DNA of 64,000 nt from the human T2T-CHM13v2.0 reference genome, Homo sapiens. Positions 12,814-23,705 of the stretch are shown piece after piece (the stretch's first letter is position 1; every line of letters begins with the position of its first letter). The notes under the pieces were generated by a model. It worked only from the letters and a program-made list of their open reading frames with translations. It did no database searches and was not told the origin of the DNA. The position numbers and the translations under genes are program-made. The DNA is taken from assembly GCF_009914755.1 (NCBI RefSeq), contig NC_060946.1; one strand, given 5' to 3'.

Positions 12814-14996
12814 TGGCCTATCCTCCCAGTTCTGGCCAGAGGCAGATGCGGTGGGGGCCTCTTCTCCACTGCCCCCCTGCCTGCACCTCCAGCAGGTGGC
12901 CCAGTCCTATATTTCCATTGCTTTGCTCTTTCTTGCTTTAAAATAAACAACAAAGGCAACAGACTCTAACATACCAAATTATCTTTACAAGGACAAAGGT
13001 GTAAAAATGCAAATTGTGCACAGTAGCCTTGATGCTCTGAGGTGGGTCCTGTGTCTTCAGCCCACCAGGGCCAGGCTATGTAGGACGGGGAGCTGTGAAT
13101 GCCAGTCAGTCCTAAAGGGCAGGCCCACCCTGGCCTCTGCTCAGTGACCTCCCCTCCTAGGGCTAAGGGGAGGTCAGTTTCTGGTTGGAGTGCCATTCCT
13201 AAACAGACCTTCTCAAAGTGGGAGAGACTGTAAGTGGAGCTCAGTTTGTTCTGCTTGTTCCTGACGGGCAGGGGACAGGGGAGGCTGTCAGCGAAGAGCC
13301 ACTCACCTCTTTTGTTCTCTTCTTTCATTCTTAGCTTTTTGAAAACCTTTAGGAGTTAGCTGGTCACGGCATTTATTGAACATCTGTTGTGTGCCAGGCA
13401 TGGAAAAGGGTGCCATGGGGAAAGTCAAGATGATGGTGCCTTGATTCCTGCTCCCAGGTTGGATCTGATGTCCCATGGTATCATGGGACAGTAGTTGGTG
13501 CCAAGGAGGAGTGCCATGAGCTGGCAGACGGGAGCAAGTTCTGGGGTTTGGTGGGTTGGGAAGAATTCCTGGAGAAGGTGAGTCTCTAGAGAGGCCTGCA
13601 GGCCCATTTAGACATGGAGCTTGGAGAGTCCTACAGCTTTTGGATACTGAGGTGACTGGGGTGGATGAAAAAGAGACTTTGAGGGGAGAGAGCTTGGGAA
13701 AGCAGCTGGGCTCTGAGGGTTGGGCTCTTTCCTGTGGGCAGTAGGGAGAGTGATGTGGTCACAGGATCTCTCTCTCTCTGGGCTCTAAGGAAGGCACAAT
13801 TTTCCCCCCATCATCCTTTGAAGAGCCTTCCTGGGAAGCTCACTAGATGGCTGGGGGATGCCAGCCTCACACCTTACAGAACTGCTTCGCTTCTTCTGGC
13901 ATTTGTATCAAGAGGGGCTGTTCACCTGCCTTTGGTCAGGAAAATGTTTAAAGCCTCCCGAGGCCTCCCTGGTCAGTGCCTTTCCTGGCTCAGAGGGCAG
14001 GATGAGAGATGCATGATGAGGCCTCCGAGCATCAGGCCCCTTCAGGGCAGCACCATGGTGTCTACACATATCAGGCTTCTGATATGTCTGCCAGGCTTCG
14101 AGGTGCCTGGCAGTGCTCAGTTGGCCCTCACCTGTGAGCACTGGCAAAGAATGGACAAGTGGTGCAGCCTGGCCCTCACACAATGCCGTCATGCCCACCT
14201 GCTGCCTGCTGTGTATCTTCCTCTCTCTCAGGGGCCCCCAGGTTTCTGGTACCACTTTTCTTTGGCATCCATCCAGTCTTCTCAGCCTGACAATGGGCAC
14301 CCCGATTTCCCGGGCCAGCCTTGCTTCTGGTGGACGTGTTCTTTTCCTGTGGTTGGCCAGGATTGACTGAGGCAGCTTTTATCTAGTCAGAAAATTTCTC
14401 AAAATACTAATTCCACCCAAGTTTACGGTTCTTAGAAACCTGTTGTTTCCTGGTCGGCAGGACATTTGTGGTCTTTTCTGGGGCACTAGTCAGAGCTGTT
14501 GCAGTAGCACAAGCATACATCTTCTTCCTCAGGCTTTCACTGCCCCAGGCTGATGGAACAAATGGCCGTGAGCTGTTTCTGGTCTTACTGCTGGAGCAAA
14601 TGGAGGAAACACACTTAAAGAGACACTGGAAAGTTGCATCTTGTAACTAAAGAGCTCTTTTAGGCTGGCCTGAGAATCCTGGGATTGTCCAAGGGATCTG
14701 AGCTGAGTCAGACCTGAACAAGGAGGACTCAGAACACAGAGTCTTTTCTCACACTGAGTGGGGACAGGCAGCCTTTCTGTCACTGAGCCAGGTCTCTTTC
14801 CCTCTGCGTTGCCAGCTGTCATTCCTTTACAGTTGATCCTGCAAATCCCACCCTGGAAGTAGAAGGTTCTGGAGCTTAGAGGGAGGCAGTTTAATAAGCA
14901 CTTGGCTGGCAGACGCACATCCCCCTAAGGATTCAGAGGGAAGGCTGGCGTGGCCCAGATGCATAGACACGAAACATTCCAGTAATTAACAGTAAC

Positions 14997-15054
14997 AATA
15001 AAATATTTATAATCTTGCCACAAATATTAATTAGTATGAGCAGGTTTTGTGTGG
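14997..15054 (+). terminator. Candidate intronic polyadenylation site
   Basis: AATAAA 14997-15002 in an AT-rich patch, CA dinucleotides at ~15019-15022, then GU/U-rich ggttttgtgtgg at 15043-15054. Confidence 0.4.
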
Positions 15055-18000
15055 GCAGATTTTTAAAAGAACATTCTGAAAAAAAGAGCAAGGCCAACCT
15101 ATAGCCTGCTTGCTAGTGCCATTCTTCTTTCCTGTTGGCCTCCAAGTAGCTCCCTAAAGAAATCAGCTCTCAGCTCCTGAGTCTCAAGGCTAGATACCTG
15201 GACTGTGGACAGTCCCTGGAGGTTCCATCCAGGGTGCCTGTTTCCCTGGAAGGCTCTCTCCACCCAGCCCCATAGGAAGTTTAGGCTAAGTCTGGCTCTC
15301 CTACATCAAAGAGGCTTTCCATCTGTCTCTTGCTCTGCCTCAGAACCAGGGGGCCCAGAACCCCCTCCTCACCCAAAAGCCCCTCCACAGAAAAACAGCT
15401 TGACTCTGACTTCTTCCATCTGGCCTTGCTCTATTAGGCGAGGCAGGAGAACAAAATGCCTCTGCCACCAGGCTTGGCAGCTTTTGTCTATAGAGCACAG
15501 GCAGACCCAGCCGGTCCTCTGAGGGCTCAGCACAGGCCATTAGCACACAAAGTTGCATGTCAGCCCATTTGAACCTAGGGCCACAGGATCCCAAAGATCC
15601 TGTGGAGGAGGTAGGACTGGAGCCAGGCCTGTAGGCTGTTCCTGAGGCCAGAATTCCCTCTCCACACATACTCAAAGACTCCCCAGTTCACTTGGGCAGC
15701 ATGAGAGTGGTGCATTATGGTGCTAGGCTGCGTTCAGCTGTCTGGGAAGCGGGTGGAGTATGGCTCAGGGAGTGGTCCTTGCCCAAAGGTACATGGCTGA
15801 TGGATGGGGGTCCTACCCCAGAGAAGAAGCCTTTGACCTGTGACCTCTTCTCCCAGAAGCCTTCCCTGTGCACACTGGCCCTTCCTTGGCTGCAGGTCTG
15901 GTAACCTGAGAGATGACCTTGCAGAGGGGCCTGCTGGGAGTAGAGAGATGACAGTAGTCAGCGGCATCCTTCCTTTTCCTCCTGCCCCTCTTCAGGGGCC
16001 TCCCAGAGCAGGGGCTTCCTGCTTCAGGAATGGGGGTGGCTCTGGGTTACACACCACAGTCCAAACAACCCTCCCTGCTGCCTGCCCTGCCAGCTTATCC
16101 AACTGCAGGGGTCCTGTTCTCCAAGAGCTTTTTCCCAGCACTGTGGCACATTGTCCTCCCTACCTTGACTCACCCAGCCCCTGGGCTGTCCCATCCACAG
16201 CAGCCCAGCTGGTGGCAGGATGAGGGTCCTTTTCACATGCTCTGCGATGTTCCTGGCAAACTTACCCCACTGTTCATGTCTGTCTGTCTGTCTTTCTGTC
16301 TGTCTGTGGCCTCTCTGAGGTCTTCAGTCAGCTGTACCAGAGAAAGTTTGCTTCCCCAGAAGAGGAGGAATGGAGGCTGGGGCACTGTCTGCCCAGGTAG
16401 ATAGAGCCATTCTTTAAGAGCTTTTTCATTCATCCCTTTTGCCCTATTGACGTGAAAGAATTGAAACTTGGTGTTCTTTCAGTCTGACTGGCTTGAAACT
16501 TGGTATGAAACCTTGGGTTGACTTTTAGTATTTGAAATCAGGGTCATTTTAAATAGGCTGTGCCAACCCTTTCAGACACACAAGATCTGAAAGGAGCAGA
16601 AAATGGGCCTTGGGCCTTGAGTCCCTTTTGGTGGCTCTCATTTGAAGAGATAACACATCCCTGGACTCCTTCCTGTGGTGCTGCCCCCTTGGTAGTGGGC
16701 GGGAACCTTGGCAAGCACCTCCCCCACCTGCTTGCTTCACAGGCCAGTTGGGCATCTCATCTCTGTGTACATAGCCCCTGCCTCTCCAGCTCTGCCACAG
16801 CAGCCCACCCCAGCATCATGACCTGCAGGTGGCACCCAAGACTGTGGTGAGCCCCATTAGCAGAGCCTTCCTCAGGGCCACTTAGGTACCTTGATTACCC
16901 CTTAAACAAGGGTTTGTCTAGAATCACCACAATGCCCCCCAGGGCCAGTACCAATCTCTGCTCTCTGGTTTTTTAGATGGTTGGCAGTTCCAGATTCTCA
17001 CATCTGTGTCTGAGAGGCTCAGGAAGGGCCTGGCAAAGTGTAGTCAGCAGCCTTTTGTCCCTGCCAGGTCCCTTGGCTTGTGCTTGCCCTGTTCCACTGC
17101 TGTGGATGTTATTTTAAGAGTCTCAGCAGAGTCCCCACTCAATTGGTGGTCGTTCTTCAGGGAGCAGAAGCCCCTGCACAGCATGCCGTCCTTTCTTGCC
17201 CACACAGTTCCTGGTGAGGTCTGGCCACCTTCACTGCCTGCTGGATGGATCCTGGTTCCTTCACATTGCAGCATCAAGAGGGTGTTAGCACTTTGAGAGT
17301 AAATATCTACTTGCCTAAACCAATCCTTAGTTTTCATAATGATCACAGCTGGGATTCCACCAAATTGGCAATTCCTTTAGGCCCAGAGCCCAAAAGAGCC
17401 TGTGAGCCGGTGAGCTCGTGGGGCAGCTTGCCAGTCGGTGAAATCATCCTAGCAAGGCTTGCTTCCTGGAGCTTGCCGCAGGATGTGCTGCTGAGCTGTG
17501 CAGTGACTTCAGCTAGTCTCAGGCTGGCTGAGGAGACCCAGCCCTAGCTTGTCTTTCAGGGAGACTTCAACTGCGGGGCATGGCCTGCTGTCTTTCAGAG
17601 ACTCTGAGGCCTCACGAGCATTGTCTAAGCCATCGGTGTTCTCACTGTCAGGGCCAGAGTGAATGCTGCAGGGCTGTCACTTGTGTGCAGGGCACTAGCC
17701 ACGCCTTTGTGGGATCCCATGTATGTGTCAGGGACAGAGGTAGGAAGACAATGGCAATCGTGTTAAAAAACCTGAAGTGGGGGCCTAGAGCAGCAAAATC
17801 ATTTGGCCAAGATCACCCAACCCCTAAGTGGCAGATCTGGGATGGGAATGTGGGTCTGGGAGCCCAACCCTTAAGCTCCTACAATGACCCTGCGTGGCCT
17901 CTAGAGGGTCCCCATTGCTAATCCTCCCTTTACACACAGCCAGCAAATGGGCTGCCCCACCTCTTCTTGATCCCCTCATGCTGGGGACTCAAGTTTGGGA

Positions 18001-18554
18001 CATTTTGTGAGGGCTGCAGGCCTGCTCATAACTGCCATTCAGTGCTCATGGAGCCTTGTATTCTGGCTTTGTAAGTCAGGGAAGAGCCTTTCACAAGCGT
18101 GAGAGAGAGGTTCTGGTCAGGTCTGTGCTCCTCCACTCAGGGGTCTTATACACGTCCCAAGTCCTCATTTCTCATTGTTCTGTCAGCCCAGCTGATACTG
18201 ATGATCCATCAGTTCCTGGGCAGTGGACATGGCAAAGGCAGCTATGAAGGAAGGGCTATGGCAGGGATGCCTACAAGGTCACTGTCCCCAAACCCTGGTA
18301 TATGATGAGACATGGGTAAAGAGGCCAGAGCAGCAGGGCACCCTTTGGAGCACAGACCTGATCCTCAGTATCCTCTGTGCAGGCCATCCCACTTTGACAG
18401 GCCTGTTGTGTCAATGTTGCCCCCCCATCTACATGGTGCTGCTTAGGTATTGGCTCCAATATGGCATCAGCAAAACCCTCTGCTCATTCAGACCTAAAGC
18501 TGTAATGGCACATTTGAGACATAAGAGATAAAACATGCTCAGGTTCTCTGAAAT

Positions 18555-18810
18555 AATAGTATTGATAAACTGACATTTTGTGAACCTTTACTGTTTGTTA
18601 GGCACTGATTCAAACACTTTATGTGTATTAACCTAGTTAATCATAACAGTTCTGTGAAGTGGGTGCTTATGTTATCACAGTTTTACATGCATGGAAACTG
18701 AAGTATAAATAATTATGGCATTTACAGAGGCTCTCAGAGATAGTAGGTGACAGAGCAGAATTTCAGTTCTATCAGCCTGGATCTTCCAGAGTCCAGGCTT
18801 TCAACTTTTT
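18555..18810 (-). mobile_element. MIR SINE
   Basis: Antisense MIR core (ggcactgat...cactttatgtgtatta...ttttaca...gaaactgaag). Confidence 0.65.
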
Positions 18811-18831
18811 TGAAACAACTTTATATTTTGC

Positions 18832-19120
18832 TTTTTTTTTTTTTTTTAGACAGGGTCTCGCTCTGTTTTTCCAGGCTAGAGTGGAGTGCAGTGGCACTAT
18901 CACTGCTCAGTGCAGCCTCAACCTCCTGGGCTCAAGTGATCCTCCCACCTCAGCCTCCCAAGTAACTGCCACGCCTGCCTAATTTTTTTTTTTTTTTAAT
19001 TTTTTGTACAGACGGGCATCTCCGTATGTTGCCCAGGCTGGTCTTGAACTGCTGGGCTCAAGCAATCCTCCCTCCTTGGCCTCCCAAAGTGCTAGGACTA
19101 CAGGCATGAGCCACCCAGCC
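18832..19120 (-). mobile_element. AluJ-like element
   Basis: Poly-T followed by reverse-complement Alu. Confidence 0.93.
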
Positions 19121-19481
19121 AAAACAAGTTTATATGTTGTTTCAAGTTTGCTTACCAGGCAGCTCATGCCTACCCTACCAGTAGGACCCAGCTGATTAGC
19201 ACTAAAACATGGACCAATACCAGGCTTTTAAGGTAGCTGAGCAAAGGGTTGGTGGACCCTAGGGGACTGTGTCTGCCTTTCTCCTTGTGTTCCCCAAGAG
19301 GCCAGTGTGGCATGGACCTCTGTGAGATGATATGTGGTTGCAGTTTTTAGGTGCGAAAGGGACTTAACTTGCTCATGGTCTCAGCTAGTAAATGGCACAA
19401 GAGGAACTTGAACTTAGCTCTCTTGGTTGCTAGTTTATTGAGCTTCACCTTGAGGTATGTAAAGTTCAAGACAAAGTTTTA

Positions 19482-19798
<317 letters not shown>

Positions 19799-20719
19799 CT
19801 ATTTTATCTCTACTATTGGTTTATTATAGTATCATTTTTTTAAAAAAATGTAGTTGTTGCCTTAGGGTTAACAAAATACACCTTTAATTCATTGCAGTCT
19901 GCCTTCAGGTGATACTGTACTACTTCGTAGGCAGTGGAAGAGCTGCTCATCTTTTGCACTCGTTTTCATTCATTTCACTTTTACATATGCTCTAAGCCCA
20001 CAATACATTGCTACTATTTTTGCTTTAGAAAGTAAACAATAATGTTTTAGAAAAATCGAACATAAAAAGATCTTTTATATTTACCATAACTTTAACCATT
20101 TCTGGGAAACTCCATTTCTTTATGTAGATCCAAGTTTTATCTGGCTTCATATTCATTCTACCTGAAAAATTACCTTTAACATTTCTTGTAACTCAGATCT
20201 GCTGGTAATGAATTCTCTCAGTTTTTGTTTGCCTGGAAAAAAACAAACCTTTTTTTTTTCCTGCAATTTTTAGATATTTTCACTGAGTATAGAATCTTGA
20301 GTTGATTATTTTATTCTTTCAGCACTTTAAAGATATTGTCAGATATGTGTAATTTCTAATGAGAAGTCTGCTGTAATTCTTAACTTTGTCCCTCTGTATC
20401 TGATGTATCTTTCTCTGACTGCCTTCAACATTTTGTATCTTTGGGTTTCAGCAGTTTCAAAATGGCCCACCTAGGTGTGATTTTTTTTTTTTTTTAAATG
20501 TGTGTGGAGGGATCTTTCCCTTGCTTGGTGTTTTCTGAGAATCTTGGTGATTTGATGTCTTTTATTATTTTTGGGAAATTCTTAGTTATTATGTCTTTAA
20601 ATATTTCTACTGTCCTGTTTCACCCTCATCTCCTTTTGTGACTCCGATTAGCATGTTGGATCATTTGGATGCTCTGTTCTGATTCCTCCTGTCCACTCTT
20701 TTTCTCTGGGTTTGGATTA

Positions 20720-21421
20720 CAGATGCTCCTCAACTTACAATGGGGTTATTTCCTGATAAAACAAAAGTAGGTTGAAATTAAGTCAGAAATGCATTTAATA
20801 TACCTGACCTACCAACATCATAGTTTAGCCCAGCCTCATCTAAACATGCTCAGAACACTTGCGTTAGCCTACAGTTGGGCAAAATCATCTAACACGGGGG
20901 TCCCCAACCCCCAGGTCACAGACTGGTACCAGTCCGTGGCCTGTTAGGAACTGGGCTGCACAGCAGGAGGTGAGCAGCAGGCAGGCGAGCACTACCACCT
21001 GAGCCCTGGCTCCTGTCCAATCAGTGGCAGGCATCCTTAGATTCTTATAGGAGCGTGAACCCTATTGTGAACTGCACATGTGAGGGATCTAGGTTGTGCG
21101 CTCCTCGTGAGAATCTAATGCCAGAGAATAGTTTCATCCTGAAACTATCCCCTCCAGCCCCCACAGTCTGTGGAAAATTGTCTTCCATGAAACTGGCCCC
21201 TGGTGCCAAAAAGGTTGGGGACTGCTGATTTAACACAAAGCCTATTTTATGATAAAGTGTTGAATATCTCATGCAAGAATATTGTACTGCATATCACTAG
21301 CTCAGGAAAAGATCAAAATTCAAAATTTGAAGTGTAGTTTCTACTGAATGCATATCACTTTTGCATCATTGTAAAGTCAAAAAAATTTTAAGTTGAACCA
21401 TTGTAAGTTGGAGATTGTCGG
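20720..21421 (+). mobile_element. MER47/Tigger5-family TcMar DNA transposon
   Basis: Starts TA|CAGATGCTCCTCAACTTACAATGG, ends ccattgtaagttggagattgtcgg|TA: terminal inverted repeats plus TA target duplication. Confidence 0.85.
20895..21227 (+). mobile_element. MER1B-like hAT-Charlie element nested in MER47
   Basis: Termini cgggggtccccaacc ... ggttggggactgctg; 8-bp TSD atctaaca (20887-94) / atttaaca (21228-35). Confidence 0.88.
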
Positions 21422-22744
21422 TATGTCTAGTGACCTGTTTTCAAGTTTTGATTTCCTTTTGCTCCTCAGCTGTGTCAGGTTGGCTGCAATGTCTGGGAAA
21501 GGCATTCGTCATCTCTGTTACTGTGTTTTTTATTTCTAGCCTTTGCATTTGACTCTTGCTTTTTTTTATCTCACTGCTGAAATTTCCTGTCTCTTCATGC
21601 ATATTGTTCAGCTTTTCCACTACAGCCTTTGACATACTAATCATATTTATGAATCATATTAATCTTAGTTATTTTAAATTCCCTGACATGTAGTACCAAT
21701 ATCTGGGTTATCTGTGAGTCTGGTTCTGCTGATTGATTTGTCTCTTGACGATGTACTTTTTTCTTTCTTTCTTTGTGTGTCTTACAATTTTTACATTGAA
21801 TACCAGATATCACGTGTAGGACAGAAGAAACTGAAATAAGTAATATTTATGCCTGGAATAGGCTTCCCTCTTTTGTTTCTAGGCTTTTAGTAGGGAAAGT
21901 TGAGTTAGGCTAGTCAGAAATTGAGCTGGCTTGGGTTTTGTTGTTGCTATGGTTACCTTTAGTGCCCCAGTGGTGCAATCATAGCTCACTGCAGCCTTAA
22001 CCTCCCAAGCTCAAATTCCTTTCATGTTACCTTGTGCTTAGTAGGGGAGCTGGTTTGCCACAAGGTTTTTCTCAACATTCCAGTTCCACCTTCAGCCTTA
22101 GGCCTTTGGGAGTACCTCAGGGAGGGTACTCCTCCATGTTCTTGCCTTCTCCCTGCAGTAGACTCCCTTGCTTGTTACTCAGTGCATGCCAGCCTAGGGT
22201 TGGGGACATGGGGTAGTTCTCTGTTGTCTTGGTCCCAGCCTCAGACTTAGGTGGGCTCTGTGTTCCTGCATCTCAGGGGTGGTGCTTTCTCAGTGATTCT
22301 GCCCGTCCTTCAGTGGTAGGAGACCTCTAATGTTTGGACCCTAGATGATTTCCTGCCCCTCCCTTAGAATAGAAGGTTTTTCCTTTTCCCTTCCCCAGCT
22401 GCAGTGGGTCTTCACCTGTACCCTGAAAGCAACAAGGTTTCCTCCCCCACCTCCATGCCTGAAGGCTTCTGTTCCTCCAGGTAGGCTTTGTACCTTTTCC
22501 ATAGCATCAACTACTCCTCCCCTCCAGATCTGCACTACTCCCAGGAAGGTTTCCTCAACTTCCCTCTTTGCCCCGCCCCTTTTCTTTCTCATGAGCACCT
22601 GTGAAGGTCCGAAGAAGGCAGCCAGTGAGTGAGTACAAACTCCTTTTACATCTGTGGCTCCCAGAGATCTAGAGTTCTTCCAGATCACACCTGGCTTTTA
22701 CTAACAGGTTAAAAATGTTTCCTGAATTCTTTCCCACTTCATTT

Positions 22745-22951
22745 GTTTCTGTTATATTTATATGGTAGAAAAACTACATAGTGGTGGCTACTGTGCATCT
22801 CTTCCTAACTCCACATTTGACAACAGCACGTTGGTAACTTGAAAATTGCCATGGTGGGAATATTTACACTCCAGAAATCAGTAAGTGCTATTAATCAGGG
22901 CTTTCTTTTTCCCTGAGAGCCAGTTGTTAAACATTTACCAGAATACCACTG
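22745..22951 (-). mobile_element. MER63-like hAT-Blackjack fragment
   Basis: Ends gagccagttgttaaacatttaccagaataccactg, the reverse complement of the MER63 terminus as recalled. Confidence 0.7.
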
Positions 22952-23179
22952 TTTGGGGGAACCCCAGGAGGGTTGACCATGGAGATTGGTGCATTTGGTG
23001 AGTTGCTCCGTGGCCTCTGGGATGGGTTGGGCCCAGCAGTGTCGAATGGCTGTGTTCAGGCCATCTCCTGCAAAGCAGTCCCCAGGCCACCGGCAGGGAG
23101 ACTCACCATAGGAAGGCCCCCTGTGTTGGAGGTGGTGTAGGTTAATGCTCTCGCCCTCTCTTCCTCCTTCTCCCCTCAG

Positions 23180-23362
23180 ACCGAAGCCAGGACAGCACAG
23201 CCGTAGCACTCTCAGACTCTAGCTCAACGCAGGACTTCTTTAATGAGCCCACCAGCTTACTGGAAGGCTCCAGGAAATCCTACACAGAGAAGAGGCTGCC
23301 CATTCTCAGTTCCCAAGCAGGAGCGACGGGTAAAGATCTTCAGGGGGCCACAGAAGAAAGAG
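23180..23362 (+). CDS. CABIN1: CABIN1 internal coding exon (183 nt, phase 1-1): (D)[60 protein letters not shown](G)
   Basis: Long pyrimidine tract ending cccctcAG (23178-79), donor GAG|GTATGA (23363). G+AC completes Asp; open frame throughout. Confidence 0.93.
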
Positions 23363-23439
23363 GTATGAAGCCCTAACTCGGTGAATTAGAACCACTTTGA
23401 TGTCCTGTGGCAATCTGGGCAAAGCCGAAGGCTTCGTGG

Positions 23440-23615
23440 CCCAGGGACCTTGGCTGGGCAAGTCACTTACTCCCTGGGCCTCCATTTTTCTCCCTGTAGG
23501 ATGAGAATGGTCCCAGTGCCCGCCCTGGGGTTGTGAGGGTTGAGTGAGGCAGCTCCTGAGGGTGCACACAGAGCCCAGCACCACATGTGCTCAGGGATGC
23601 TGCCTGTTGTTGTTA
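23440..23615 (+). mobile_element. MIR SINE
   Basis: ctgggcaagtcacttac...gcctccattttt...ctgtag...gggttgtgaggg core. Confidence 0.6.
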
Positions 23616-23672
23616 TGACCCTCACAACCCAGCCCGGGAAAGCCATGTCTGTGATATCAGTGTGCTCTGTTT

Positions 23673-23704
<32 letters not shown>

Positions 23705-23705
23705 G
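23673..23705. repeat. (GTT)n trinucleotide repeat, ~11 units
   Basis: Read directly. Confidence 0.95.

Noticed and set aside
13305-13334. Strong pyrimidine tract plus TAG acceptor-like site
   Set aside because: No plausible donor or reading frame follows; treated as a pseudo-acceptor.
13734-14366. 210-aa ORF on +
   Set aside because: Non-ATG start, no recognisable domain and no flanking splice architecture. ORFs this long occur by chance in GC-rich intron.
21441-21644. Coiled-coil-like 67-aa ORF on -
   Set aside because: A relic of L1 ORF1, not an independent gene.
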